A stretch of 64,000 nt of DNA, from the NCBI GenBank assembly GCA_043228905.1, contig JBHGNT010000017.1, positions 1,116,001 to 1,180,000 on the forward strand, written 5' to 3'. The notes beneath the pieces are model-generated. The model had not been told where the DNA came from, did no database searches, and was given only the letters and a program-made list of their open reading frames with translations. A program made the translations under genes and the position numbers. The stretch is from Azolla caroliniana (taxonomy: Eukaryota; Plantae; Polypodiophyta). Shown here piece after piece: positions 39,779 to 54,727 of this stretch (the first letter of the stretch is position 1; every line of letters starts with the position of its first letter).

Positions 39779-41776
39779 TTCCTCGCTCGTCTTCCTTCTT
39801 TCTTCTGTTTCTCAGGCAACACACAGGCACACACACACAGAGATGAAACCCTAATCTTTCGTTTGCTAATTATAATAATTATAATGGATAGAGAGAGATG
39901 AGGGGCAAGTCTAGACTCTACATACTACACACATACACACAAGCGAGAGAGAGAGAGAGAGAACTTGGAGTCTATATGTATATATGTATATGACTTCTCT
40001 CATTACGTGAGTCGTGAAACCCTCAACATTCATGCGCCGAAACTCATGACCAAATGAATGAATGGATGAAGTTGCTTGGAACGTTGCAACAAAAGGCATG
40101 TGTGTCAGGCGATTACAGCGAGATAACCTCGACCCAATTGACCTATAATATGCATGTTGTTCTTTCCAAAAAAGAAGATTGTGTTGGCATGTCTCAACTC
40201 TCACCTCATCCACTAGATCTTGGTAATAGCAAGAATTATAATGGGCAACATTTTGGTCTTCTTATAGAGTGTGTTCTAGTTCTTAGCAGTTGTTCGGAGT
40301 GCACACTTCTTGATCTTGCCATTTATCTAGTGTGTGTATAATAAAAAAACCTCTTCATTAGAATATGCATGCATTACTTTAGCACCACCATGTAAGGATA
40401 ATCCTCACTAGTCTCACACTCTAGTTAATTCCAACATCTAATATCAACACAATACATTTGATTGTGGTCACATCACAAACAATGAAAAAACATCGGAAGA
40501 TTGTTTAGTGTTCTTGAGAAGACTAACACACAACAAAGTGAAAAGAGGAAATGGTGTCGAGCAAATTGTTATCGAAGGCTGCAAACGTTCAATTGATGTA
40601 GGAACATGACCATATAGAGCCTCCCATGTTATCAAAGTCATCATACACTTCATCATGCAAATGAGGAGGCTCATAAAATCCTTTAGTTTTAACTAGTTCA
40701 AATTCTTCTCTGATTACAAGAATAAGAGAACTTGCTATTTATCTAGTGTTTGTGTATGCTTGTAGCACCAATATGTAAAGTCAATCCTCCATGGTCCTAG
40801 TATGTGGTGGAGCACGCTGCTTAACCTCAGCAAAAATATTCCAAATGTTAGAAATTTTGACTTGGAATAGCTTGTGTTTGTAAATAGTATCAGAACATTT
40901 CATAATAATGAAACATATACTAACTTGAGTATGTCATTAACTTCATAGAGGGCCACGATTTAGCACTAAATTATGCAGTATCTAACCTTATTCTCTTTCA
41001 TTCCCACAATTCATACTCTTGCCTTACTGAGCATCAAGGTCTTCTGCAAATTACATCTCCAACCTCCACTTTTTGAGAGAAATATGATACTTTGATGTCT
41101 ATTTTGCTAAGCTCAATTTTGAGCCCCAGGTAAATGGCACTGATTGTTGCATCCTCATAATCAGATGTACACAAAGAATACAATAATCAGGTGTACAAAA
41201 GAGATGTAAGATGTATTTTACCACAGCTAATTATTTACTACACATACGAAATAAATAATTACAAACCTTTTGCATGGGTTATTCTAATAAATCATTTATG
41301 TTCATCCTAAGGCAGCAAAATTAGCATAAATGATTTGAAATCATACAACCAGGAAAATCATATAGTCGTCTCAAAAATGGCAATCTTCTATTTTCACAGC
41401 AAAAGACTTCATACCTTCATTGTTAACAACATTTTCTAGCTTTTTATCAAGTTTACGATCATCAAATGTTCTCTAAAGATCATGTAGCAGCTCAAAACAG
41501 AAACTAACATTGATAAAGCAAGCTTGAAGGTTGTCCTACACTGTTACAACCAAGAGAGTGTGCAAGACAAATCACCTCGTTCCATAGAGTGAAGAACGGG
41601 CGAAGACAAAGTAGGACAAAATCTTCAAGCTACCACTTTAAATGTTTGAGATAAGGTCCAACAAAAACGAGCAAAACCATCTGGCCTTATACTTGTCTCT
41701 ACACTTATGAACATTACATGAATGAGATTCCCAAAGTCTTAACTACATTACATGCCTTAAGATATGCATGATTGGA

Positions 41777-44700
41777 TCACTCGTGATGTGACGATGTTTG
41801 CATGTCGATCATTGAATCTGACTTCGAGCTTCCTGGTGAGGCAACACTTGAAGCTAATGACATGAATGAAGAAGCAGGAATGTGTGATGAAGCAACCTTT
41901 GTATCGCTTGGATGCCCTAGAGTTATTGATGTGTTTAACTGAGGTAATACAGCCTTTGGAAATGAATGTATTGGGAGAGCTTGTGATGATGACCTTTTTG
42001 AAGCAGCACCATTAACCATGGGAAGCTTAGCCCTTTCTTTATATTCCCTCATCTCACATACATATCGCTCTTTATCCTTAACTCCCTGTGCTTGATATGG
42101 CTACAAATGCAGCAAAAAGAGTTCAAAAAAATTAAGACTTTCCAGCATTTAAATAACAAGCTTAAATTTGATAATCCACTGTTATTTCTAACTGCAGAGC
42201 ATATAAACAAGTTGAAGTCAACAATCAAATGCTTACGAAGGCTAGAGAATGTAAACAAGTAAAAAGTCTTCTTTTCCCAGCTACATAGCATGTAAACGAG
42301 TATATGGTTAATAATCCAGGGTTCTTTGCCAACCACAGACCATGAAAACCACCCGCTTAACAAAAATGATAAGTGTTTTTTCAACTACGAAGCATTTAAA
42401 CGGCAAGCTTGAGTCTAATAATCATAAGTTTGTGATCAAACAAAATGCTTATGTCTAATAATTCAGTCTTTTTTTCCGAATAGCTTGTGACTAGTAATTC
42501 AGTCATTTTTCCAACGATGGAGCATGTATTTAAAACAAAACTTACATGTTTTTCATCTTCAGTAAGGTTGTTCCAAAGCTCTCCAATCATCTTACTGATT
42601 GCCTTATCTTTATCAGGTTGCATGGTTTTAAGCCTTGCACGTTGCTCAGCAAAGAAGAAATTATAGCCACTTCTATTCTGTCTAGGTGCATTTGGGTCTT
42701 TTCGAATAACTTCTGGTTTCTTCCTCTTCCGGCCCACAGATGTTGGGGTCAAATCGGTTGATTTTAATTCCACTCCAACAATCTGCATCATACCAGGAAC
42801 GCTTGCATTCTGTGGTGTCGTATTCGTAGAGGCTACATGGTATAAAACTCCTCTCATTTTGCGTGTGCCAACCATCACTGTTACCAAATATCCATTGTCA
42901 AACTTCCCATCTATTGTTCCATTAACAACTGTCCCAATCGATGACGCAGGATCCACTGTAACGATAACATTAAATAGAACTATTATGTTTATTGATATAT
43001 GAATCTGTATTGGGAAGAAGATAGGAACAAAAGGGGTTAAAACCTCCAAGAGCTTGTGCAGAATCAATTATTCCAGGTGGTCTATACTGTACATTTTCTG
43101 ATTCATCCAAGCTTTGTTGAGAAAACTTTGAATCTTGCTTACAAATAGCCGGACGTTCTACAGTAGGATAAAATTTAATTACCATTATTATCCCATACCT
43201 TTATAAGACAAACTAAAATTTTGGGCAAGCCACATAAAATATAAACAGAAGCAGAAAAGCAAAAAAACCAGAAAAAGCAAACATACAAACAAGAAAGATG
43301 CTGCCAGCTCCATGCCTACAGTTCCAGACTCAATAAATACGAGCCCATAAAGTCCTCATGTATAGTTTTGACAAATGCAAAATCCTCCCACCTAAGGTAG
43401 TTAGTATCTACATGTAGGAGCGGAAGACCCCAAAACAAAAAGCAAATATGAAAACAAAAAAAACGTAAAAGAGAATCATATTTCCTAAGAATCATATAAA
43501 GAGCATGTATATTAAAATACAAAAATCAAGAGATACATGGCACATACAGAAAAGACAATTATGATCCTCAACCAGATTATTCAGCTATCAAGTTTCTATA
43601 ATATTGTCTGTCATACATATATGGTAAACAAACATATTACCTTGGCGTTGAACAATTCTCCCAGTAGCACCAAAAAGGTAGACTTGTTCATAGAATTGAA
43701 GTGTTCTAGTATAAATTCTCCGCAGTAAAGATGCTTCAGTAGCACTTGAAGAAGTATTAAAAGCTTGCATGATTTCTTTCCATTTCCTTTCTTTGCTCAC
43801 CTGAAGGCATGAATTTAAAATATACAGGTGTTTGATCATTTATGCTGGGCAGTTTCACATGAATTCTTTGCCACTTTTAGGGTTGGTGTAGATTAAAATA
43901 CAATTTAACTAATAATGACAATAAAATCTGTCACCAAGAGGTGGTTGTTTTGTTCTTCTTTTATGACATAATAACTATTTATTTCTATTTTATGATATTT
44001 ACTTGATCCACCAGAACTTTTGAGATTAGGAAAGACAACAACACAGATCAGTATGAAACATTTAAGGGCAAATGGTTCCTAGGACTTCGGTGCCAATCCA
44101 GCAGCCGGTCAATCCAGTTAGCATTCAGTTAAAATATGTAGAAGTATGCATGTATAATCGTAAAATTGGGCCTTCCAAGGCCACTTTAGCTTAGGCCCAA
44201 CATAGAGTCACTTAATAGTGAGAAGCAAGAGGGCTAAAATATAGTTTTAAGGGATGGCAATCATGATTGCCTTAATCAAACAAACATCTTTTGATGTAGA
44301 AACTTCAAATTCAGCTTTAGAACTAATTGGTAGCCATCTCAGATGGCTGAAAACTACTAGTCTCATAGCTTGTTTACTCTCTTTTCCAATATGGTCAATG
44401 AGAGTACCTTGCAACTACTATCATTAATATAAGCTTCAATCATTGGCTTTTACTTAGGGTTTATTCTATATCTTGCTATATCTTCTTTTGTTAATTATCA
44501 AAGAGGAAGTACTGAAATAGGGGGCGGTCTTTGGAGGTAAAAGGGTGCCAACTTACTTGTTTGGGGGCAATCTGGTTTCCTCATATGCGAATTAAGTCTT
44601 AATGAGGGCACTTTAACGAAGAGCTTCTCCATTCATATAAGATTTCTCCTGTGATGAAATTTAGCTGAATTGTTGGTTCAATTAGTATTTTACAGCCCTG

Positions 44701-47700
44701 TGGAAGTTCTACAAACTGGTTTCATCACAAATGACAAAGTGAGGGGCGCATTTTCCTTCAACATGTCTTCAAGACAATTTAATTTCCAAGCATAGAGCTA
44801 TAAGGCAATTCATATATAATTATAAACATGTCCCACATGAAAATATATTATCACATGAAACAGTACCCCAATGAAAATGCATGTCCAGCCCACAAGACTA
44901 AGAGGAGAGAGTTCATCTCTTTGCATTTAATGACTTATCCTCAGAACCACATAACTCAACCTCCAGACTTTCCTCCAATACACACAGGGAAAACACTTTT
45001 GGTAGAACCGGCTAATTTTCCATCGTATCATATGTCCAAACAAAAACATGTGGCCTGTAAAATATATATACATGGAGAGAGAGAGGGGCAGACCTAAGGT
45101 CTCTTGATAAAAATGTCTGATCACCTGTACAGAACAACATTGTCACCAGACTTCAGCTTCAAACAGAAGCTGAACATCTGAAGGTTCAACTAATGTGACC
45201 ATGTAACCTATTATGGTAGGTAGCATACCAATGAAATCATATTCTCATTGTCATTAACGAGAACTTGTGTAGGATCCATGCACATATGAGAGGAAAACAA
45301 TATTCTTTGCAGAATGTGATCTATTCAAAAGTCAGAACATATTGACAGGCACACAACTCAAAGACTCTGACAGACATATTGTATTGTGGCTGGCCTACAG
45401 TACCAGAGAGATCTACCTATGAAATGCAGATAACGAGGGCTCCAAAAATATTAAAAGCTGAAATTGAGCCATTCCCATGTTGATAGTTTTGTGTATTTCT
45501 TTGAGAAGATAGCTATATATTCCAAACGCCTCTCTGCAAACATGTTGCAGAAGAACCACAAAAACAGAATATAAAGGATCTTAAAGGCTGAATTTGGAAT
45601 CTTGAGTTTCCTCATTATCAAATTCATGCTCTTTACATATCTTTCCCATTGGTATCCCGAATTCAAATCTAGCTAACACAGCTTAGATTGAGTCTTCAAT
45701 CTTTCACCTTGCTATTAGAAGGTGTAATCCAAAAGAAGGAAATAAAATCAATTACTAGCAATAACGCAAACGAAGAAAATAAGAATATCTGCACAGCACA
45801 TTATATTATTAAATCCAAAATTTACAGCTATGTATATATAACCTCCATCGACTAATATGTGCCTGCAAACCTCCTTCTGATCTCTAGTTCTATACAGAAG
45901 GTTAGTGTAGAAAGAGCTTACTTTTTCAAATCCACCGCGATTTGTAACTTCTTTATACAGTTTATGTAGATCAAGATCCTCCTCTCCAAGCTTTGGAATC
46001 CTAAAACATATATCATTCCAGATATAAAACATACTATAAAGAGCTTCATTAATTGATTGTACTATACAGGGTTGGCTCACAATCACACAATGACCTAAAA
46101 GTTTAAACTTACACGACATGCACTCCGAGGGCTGTGTGAAACTTCTGAAAGGTTTCCCAAAAGAGATTTTGATCTTCAAGAACTGCAAAATGTGTAGCAA
46201 GGCCAGCTGGATAAACCTGTTCTGGACCATGATGCAAGGGTAAAGATGCATGGTGAGGTTGAAAAGACAAGGATGAATCATGATCTTTCAATGTTTTTTC
46301 TTGGCAAATTTCATTAGATGCAACAATAGGCTCTGAAAAAACTACTCCTGGTTTGTCTTGCAAAGAGGAGGTCACAGGTTGGGAAACACAGCCAAGCAAA
46401 TGTCCAAGTGTGTTTTTCGATTGTTCTGATGATCCTTGAGAGGACTCCGAAGCAATACTTTTAGGAAAAACGTCCTGTGGTTCATTTTGTATAACTCCTG
46501 AGCTCGTTTGGATAGAACAAGTAGTTGTTAAGTCCTTCATGGTATATGGTTGCATGAAGGACGATTTCTGATTCCCTAAAGGTATTTGGGTTGAAGTAAT
46601 CGTCACATTATTAGGAGAATGAAGTGAAGATGAAGGTAGAATGTTCTGATTAGATTGTATAGGTTCAGCTGATTCTCCTTCAATGGATTCAGGCCTCATT
46701 TGGATCGAACTTGTGAGCATGCACGAAACTTCCAACTCCTTCATTGAATGTGTTTCTGTGAAGGCAGACTTATGATGCTGTAAATGTCCTTGACATGAAG
46801 TAATATTCTCCTTATCAGAGGAATGAACCAAACTGGAAGGAAACGTTTGATTCAATGGCCTTGTTTCCACCGACATTCCTTCAACAGGTTGAGGACTCAT
46901 TTGGATTGAGCTTGTTAACATACAAGAAGCTTTAAACTCCTTCACTGAGTTTGTTTGTGTGAAGGCAGACTTGTGATGATCTGGAACTCCTTGTCGTAAA
47001 GTAATATTTTCCTTATCAAGAGAGCAAAGCAAACTTGAAGGTAAAACATGCTGACCTGATGGCATTGATTCCAATGAAGTTCCTTGAACAGATTCAGATC
47101 TTAATTGATCCGAAGTTGCAAGCATACACGACGCTGAGTCTAACAAACCTCTTGGTGTAATTTTATCATGAGAATAATGCAAACTTGAACAGGAAATCTG
47201 TGGATCAAATGGTTTTTCTGGCGACTGTTGACAAGAATTTCCTTGCAAAGGTCTCTGGCCTAACTGCAGACAAGGCATGATAGCCTTATGAGATGGAACT
47301 TCTGGAGTTGGTTCTTCTTGAAAGGATGAAGAAAGCTCCAGATTCTCTAAGAAAATGGTTGTATTCTGCCTGTTTGGAGATCTTTGAATAGATTTGTCAT
47401 CCGTAGGCTTCAGAAACCCTAAATTGGATTCGTTATTCTGTTGTTCAGAACATATTGATTTTGGATCTTCTGCAAAGGAAAAAGATTTATGTTTATCCAC
47501 AAGTCCTTGCCAAGAAGGAGATCTCTGATTATCTGATGGATCCCCAGAGGATATAGCTGCCACATTCTGCACGGATTGTGACAAAATTCTATGAGATTCC
47601 TGCTCAGGAAAAATTCTCTGAGATGTTTGCTGATGAATTATTTCCTGGGGTTCCCTATGGGAATCTTGTTCAGGAAAGATTATACCAGATTCTTCTTCAC

Positions 47701-48511
47701 AAAAGCTTCTGTGAGATCCTAGTTCAGGAAAGAGACTGTGGGGTTCTTGTTCAGCTGTTATTCTCTGAGCTGCTTCTTCAGGAAGGAGTCTCTGAGATTC
47801 TTGCTCGGACAAGAGTCTCTGAGACGCATATTCAGGAAGCATTCTCTGAGGTTCTTGTTCTGAGGAGATTCCCTGAGATGACGGTTCAGGTAACGTGCTC
47901 TGGTGTTTTTGTTCAGGAAACAATCTCTGAGACGCTTGTTCAGGAAACAATCTCTGACGTTCTTGTTCAGGAAACAATCTCTGAGGGTCTTGTTCAGAGA
48001 ATGATCTCTGAGTTCCTTGCTCAGGAAGAAGTCCAGGAAACTCTGTCTGAGATTCTTCCTCAGGAAGCATTCTCTGGTCTTCATGCTTAGGAGATACTCT
48101 CTGATATTCTTGTTCCAACAAGATTCTGTGAGATTCATGCTCAGGAATTGTTTTCTGGAAATCTGGCTCACAAGAGATTTTCTGAGAATCTTGAGGCCGG
48201 AAAGGCTGCTGTAGTGAAAGAGAGGTTTCAATGTCTATCCTTTCCTGTGTTCTGCATTCGTGAGGACAGGAAGCTTCTGCCGATACCGACTGCAAAGTTC
48301 CAAAGCAAAGTTGGGGAGAAGACGAATGAAAATCCAAACCAGAAACTGATGCTAAATTTGAAGTCGAACCTAAAGCTGAAGCTGAAACTGAAGACAAAGC
48401 TGGACCGGACGGTAGAGATGAAATGGATGAAGAGGAAGAAGTATGTGCAGACAGACACAAGAAGGTTCCTGGAGCTTCTTGGTCCTTCTGAAGGTTCATT
48501 TCAAGTGACAT
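41777..48511 (-). CDS. ARID-HMG box protein (HMGB9/10/15-like) with a ~770-aa repetitive N-terminal extension; exons 48511-46113, 46000-45922, 43800-43641, 43157-43044, 42955-42546, 42100-41777
   Basis: ARID: FWETFQKFH..|IPKLGEEDLDLHKLYKEVTNRGGFEK|VSKERKWKEI..LRRIY..L..YEQVY. Linker: GTIDGKFDNGYLVTV. HMG box: DPNAPRQNRSGYNFFFAEQ..ISKMIGELWNNL..EK|PYQ..G.KDKERY. Confidence 0.93.
46500..47190 (-). repeat. Coding ~201-204 bp (67-68 aa) repeat, 3 copies plus a partial
   Basis: SCML(A/T)(T/S)S.Q......G.S.E......LPSSL..S..K.NIT..Q....HHKSAFT.T.S.KE recurs. Confidence 0.9.
47578..48195 (-). repeat. Coding 27-bp (9-aa) repeat, ~22 copies, consensus EQESQRLFP
   Basis: EQDPQRLFP EQERQRLFP EQASQRLFP ... 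EQESHRILS. Confidence 0.92.
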
Positions 48512-48981
48512 TTCTGTAGATATCTCCAGAGTAAGAAAAACGATTTTATTTATATAAGAGTTACCTGAGAGACAGGAAAGAAGAAGAGAAAGAGTGAATA
48601 TGATCAGAGAGAATCAGGATGAAGCGAGGAAATAAAATGTAGACGCCATCGCCAGGGAAAAAGCTTTTATTTCTTCTTGGTCTCTCTCTCTTTCTTTCTT
48701 GCTAAAGATTCAGGAAGCAGAGAAAGATGACGCCATATACAGGTCGAACTCTTGGTTGGCCTTCTTCTCTCTTACTTGTTTTTTCTTTTGTCTTTCTTAC
48801 TCGCAAAGGCTCCACATAGCAGGGAACGATGGTGCCATAGCCATGAAGAAACTCTTCTTCCTCCTTTCTTTTGTTTTCTCCTATTCTTCCAGTCGTCTTT
48901 AAAATCAAAAATAAACTCGACGGAGGGGGTTCAGGAGGCAGAGAAGTAAACTGCGAGGGACGCCATGACAAGGAGGAATGA

Positions 48982-49053
48982 TTCTTCTTCTTCTTCTTCT
49001 TCTTCTTCTTCTTCTTCTTCTTCTTCTTCTTCTTCTTCTTCTTCTTCTTCTTC
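48982..49053. repeat. (TTC)n microsatellite, ~24 units, upstream of ARID-HMG
   Basis: Directly visible. Confidence 0.97.
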
Positions 49054-52000
49054 AATCAATCAATCAATCAATCTGTCTCTCTGTCAGTCTTTCCTTCCTG
49101 TCTACTCTGTGTTTCATGGCCGAGGGTGAGGGGGGAAGGGAAGGATGGAGCGAGGGAAGGCATGGCATGGCGAGGAAGAAACGCTCCGGTCTGTCTGTCT
49201 GTCTGTCTGTCGTGCTGTTATCGATTCTTTATACTTGGCGATGGCTATGGAAGAGGAGGGGAGGGGTTGACAACACTGTGCAGAAAGAGTGAGAGAGAGA
49301 GTGAGAGTGAGAGAGATGGAGGGAAAAATGTAAATCGTTGAGCTTTCCTTATTTGGCTTTGAGTTTTCGAAGACGAGGTTTTGGGGGAGGGGGTCTATGA
49401 ACGAGGTTTTGGGGTGGGATGTGTCGGGTGGCCGGGCGGACAATTCACTATCCATCGTGATTTGTCCATATGTATGCATGCATGTATGTACCTACTTACG
49501 TGCATGTGTATTTTTTCTTTTTTCTTTTTTTTTTTTCCAAAGAAAAACTCCTTCCATTAATTATAAAATTTTACAAATGAGACGAGTATGTACAAATCCC
49601 TCTAAGGACGCGATAGTTCCATCTTACGTGCATGTGTATTTGCATTGCATGTATGTATGCATGCATGTATGTATATGCGTGTGTATGTATGCATCACCCT
49701 CGATGTGACGCAGTTGACACTTCCGAAAGCCATTGTCCCTAACCTACATTGTCCCCATAGATCAAGCATCGCCCTCCCTTGTTCCTTATCCCAACCCTCA
49801 GTCCTCCAAGATTGCCCACCCAATGTCCCTAAGAATATGTCGAGATCATGTGACAGTTTCCTGAGAACCAACTTAAGTAAGTTATGGCCTCCGAGAGACT
49901 GAACATGACCTCATTACTACTAGCCTTGGCCCTTGGTTGAAGATTGTCGAACCGTTTCGATGTCATTGAGGATATGTTTACACCTTGAGCGAAGTGGTTG
50001 GCATTTTCATTTGTTTATTTCAAAACACCAAAGTTTTTTTTTATCTATAAACATCTTGCTATGTCAAAATCGTGCATCATTCTCCAAGCATATGCAAGAA
50101 ACGACGCCACATCCATGATATTGCTCCTTCTATTGACGATGTCTAGGTCGAAACTAAATTGTATTCGAGAGTGTAATGATGTTATTTGCACATAGTCAAT
50201 GTGCTTCATCCTCGTTTGTTCGTGATTAGACACTATCATTCATCGTAAATAAGAGTTGTCAACACCTCCATTTCGACTTTTACTAATGACATAAATCGAT
50301 TTCAGGTGTAAATGATTCAGAGATGGTAATGCTAATTGAAATATGCACGCAGTAAACATGTGTAATCTTTTTCTCAATAACACTGCCCTAGTAGTCTTGT
50401 CCAAAGCCATTCGGTTGAATAAGACGATGAAGCACGTCATTATGCATGCACAAGAAAAACATTGAAGCCACACAAAAAACTATATGATAGTTAGAACTTA
50501 GATGCATAAATTCCCTATGAAATAATCAAAGTTATCGAGATGGTAGGAATGACGGTGTGAATATTGTATGAATCATGATAGCAACAATAAACCTTACCTC
50601 AAAAGTGCATGCAAGCTTAAGGGAGTATATGACATCATGATTATATCACATGTGCGAGCATAATCGATTTGACATAACTTGGGGAAATAACGTGATGTTA
50701 CTTCAAAAGTAATAGAACAATATAGAAATTAAATGAAATCCCATTGCACTGAATTCAAAGAAGACATTGTAAAAGCCAAAAAAGAAGGCAATTGGATGGA
50801 TGAAATCGGAATACAATGAGTTTTTTTACATCTAGTATAACTAAATAATCACGTCAAGGAATAGCCATGGGGGCATTTTGGCCAATGAGAGCGAGGGAGA
50901 GTTGACCGATAAAATTTGACCTAGTTCATGGGTGTTAAAAATAGTAAAAAAGTATAGTTGCATCGATACCAGAGAGAGAGGTAATAGAGCAAATAAAGGC
51001 TTGGTTCATAAGTGTGAAAGCGTTAGAAAACAAGAGAAACACGATCCATGATGTGCTAAATCACACGATGCAAAATAGATGGGAAAAGTGTTTCTACAAT
51101 TGAAAGAATTAATTGCTAAATTACATGTGACTCGAAATCATGAGTACCTCTATGTGCATGCATAAGTGGCACGACATATGGAATGACAAAATACAAATGT
51201 TTTTATAAGAATAGGCTAACGTTATTATAGATGTATTGTTGTGGATTAGAATGTGGTCAGTGGTGGGTTCTAGGAAGCAACGTTTTCAACAACTCTCCTT
51301 TTCATGTTAGAAAACGCAAACGTCAACTTCTATTACTTATATAAGTTATGCCCAAGGATTTGACTAAATTTTCATATAATATTTGCAGGTGAAGACTAAT
51401 ACCTTTGCTATTTTTGGTTGTGAAACACAAAATCAAATATGTATATAGAAGGTCCTCGTGATTATGAAGCCATCTTTCAAGCAATTGGCAAACTTTGGTT
51501 CATCAATTCACAATGCATGTTGGTTAACAATTTACAAATGAATTCAAGTTATTTGAGTTCCACCTCTTGTAGAAAATGTATCTATGAACACAAAATAATG
51601 AATTTGTACACCTGCTTATATCCTCAACCTCGCTTTTATTCAAACACTCCTCATTCTTCCTACCTAAAAGCATTGTAAATGTCCTTAGTCAAATGCAGAA
51701 ATAGATGTCATTCATTATAAACTCACTATACATCTTACTAACATGAGACAAGACATTCCATGCAATAGCACAATGTGAATTTACAATTTTAACATTGAAA
51801 TAAAATATTATAGACAAACACACACACCCTCTTTGTCTTACTTATTTGTAGTTAAGAAGACACAACGGTTTCATAGCCTTGAGGTCATGGCGTCAAACCC
51901 GATAAGTGCATTATTGGTTGGGATATCACATCCACAACTCCCAATTTTAATCTCTTTAGAGCTTGTGAGTTGATAGTTTCTTTGTAAAATATCTCTTTTA

Positions 52001-54727
52001 AATTCACTCTCCACACGACACGGGTTAAAAAGCAACAACACATTATATTCAACATACAATGAAGAATGTTAGATGCATTATGCTCCTTCAATCTTGTAAG
52101 AACACTTGGATCCTTTGCACAATAAAAGAAAAGATTTTATTGTACGTTAAAGAAAATGCCACATGACTAGACAAAGAAATTAGAAAACATGTGTATAGTA
52201 GCCCTTTTCTATTTTAATGCACGCTTCTTAAAATCCATGTTGTTTTGATGATAACGTACATATATGCAAATTTCATGGAGTTTTAATTGTAGTAAGAACA
52301 AGTCATTGTACGCGACATTGAATCAATATGTTAATGTGACCATTTCATTCACTCCGTGAAGTAAAAGATTTGTCAAATGATCTCTTCTTCATAGTTATGG
52401 TTTTAGGTATTGTTATCTTATTTGCTTTTTTCATTGACATTTTTGTGCATATAGCCTATGTTTGAGCAATTGATGTGTTGCATCAATCCGTGGATGAGTA
52501 CCTTCATATGGTCTCTTTTTTATTTGTCTTTGTAGAGAGTTTAAGTGTTCACTGCATCTATCATTCCACATACCTGGCCCTTCAAATTACGTTAACCTTG
52601 CCATATTCATGTTGTAAGGTATATCTAGAGTATCAATAACTAAACATTGGAACAGGTAAACCTTGAACATCTTAAGCACTAAAATAGAGGCAACAAAAAT
52701 CAAGCACAAATGGTGATTGATGATCAATTGCTTTAGAAAGCATTTTAGAACGTTCTCTAGATTTTTTACCTTTACGTATTTTGATTGCAGCGCATGCTCC
52801 CAAACTGAAATCATAAAAATTTCAATTGAGGAAAATATTGGGGAACATATATTGACACCCAAATTTCCAAATCATTGATTCTACATTAGCTTGATACCTA
52901 AATAAAGTTTTTTTGTTTGGGGGAGGGGTTTAAGGTGGTGGAGCTATATCTATTATCGACAAGAAGCTATCTATTTACACCATAATTAAGAAGTTTATCT
53001 TCAAATGCATATCTAATTGTTGCTTAATCTCCATCAAATTAATCACTTTAATTTCTCTCTAGTTAATTGCTAAATTTCAAATCTATTGATTGTTTTAATG
53101 TATGTCTAATTAATTGGTCAAATTTTGTCTAAATTCCTTGATCACCTTTTTTTGTCCCTCTTCTTCTTTTGTTGTGTAAACCTTCGACAGTTCTAGCACC
53201 GTGCCACATACATACATATATTCATTTACATAACACCTACGTGAATCGGATAGGAAGGAGGTGACAAGGAGAAGAGGATCAATCATGAAGATGATGATGG
53301 TCGTTGAGAAAATAGTACATCAAAAGGACAACATGGCTTATATAGAGAGGGAAATCAATAAAATTGTGGATGTGGGTGTTCACTGCATCTAACAGATATA
53401 ATAACATATTCTTTAGTTTTAATAACCCAAGAAGTTTTAGCATTTATAATCTTAAACATTGGTCATAGGCGGAATATGTGTAAGAAACATGGGCATATTC
53501 TAAATTGTGGGGAACTACCCTTTATTAGGTAGGAATTGTTAATGGCTGAATGGGCTTGTAATGTGAAAGGGACCCTTTAAGTTTTCTAACTTGTAAAAAG
53601 GGTAAGAGCTTTCATGTAACAAGGGCCTTGGGTGGCCCAACTTGGGAGTACATTTTGGTCGTCACTCTCACCCGTTTGTATCCACTTTCTAGTATGTAGC
53701 TTTTAAACACTAACTAATCGAGGTACACATATCCTTTGCTTAGTAATTATCTTTTTAAGTAAGACATGCATAGTTTTTTTTGGTATGATTACATGCATGT
53801 CAATTTTAGATTATCTTAAAAAGCTTTCAAGGCTTAGGTGGTTGCATAGAGTGGAGAGGTAAGTGCTTTTATGAGATGATGTGTGAGGTGGTCTTTGCCA
53901 TTAGGTATTATATATCCAATGATCCCTCGGTTAGCTCGTTTAGAGAAAGTAGACTCCTCGAGACTCGACAATGACCCTCGACCATTGGATGTGCAATACT
54001 TCGATATAAGTCGTATTGGCCCCTTCGGAAAAAGGTGATTCAATGGCAACCAATTCGATGGGATGAATATCACATAGTTCCTAAAGTTTCATGACACCAA
54101 GGAGATGCAACAGAAATAGGTATTAGAAACTAGAAAATATCATAGTTTGATTGAGTAGTGTGGCACATTTGGAAAATCAAATTGGACAGTTACCATCCAC
54201 CACAACACTTGTGTGGATGGTGTTTGTTGAGTTTACCCTTGTTATGAGGTTGACTTTGCATGATTTCATCGTATGGGAAGAGGATGTATATTTTAGTAGT
54301 TCTTGATTAGTTCAATTGAGGGTTTAACCAACTTCCAACACGAGGCCAAACATTGCTCATACCAAACAAGGTCCTACTCTTAAAGACCAAAAGAAAAAAT
54401 GGAATATGGGGATATTCTTAAAGACAAAATAACCACAATGGCAATGCAGAGTATCATGATGAATTGAAGCATTCATGGCATTAATTCAACAAGAGGAGGA
54501 AATGATTTTGGGACATTTGAAAAACATCCTGGAAGTTAGTTGATGGCGAAACCATATGTGTTTTAAAGGATTTGATTGTGGGGTAGACAATGTTACATTT
54601 TTTGAAGGCCTTGAATGCATGATTTCTAGGTAAGTTTATTGTTGCATATTAGTAATAGCTATGAAGCATCATCAAATGGCAAGTGTGCATCATAACTTGG
54701 TGCGAGCATGAATATAAACAAGGAATA

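Noticed and set aside
47578-48231. Overlapping 157-170 aa ORFs in other frames and strands
   Set aside because: By-products of the stop-poor 27-bp coding repeat.
48702-49292. Poly-Lys and poly-Leu ORFs
   Set aside because: Translations of the (TTC)n microsatellite.
53880-54080. Possible remnant of a gypsy RNase H (EVVFAI...LLET...CNTS..VVL)
   Set aside because: Needs several frameshifts and cannot be supported without a profile search.
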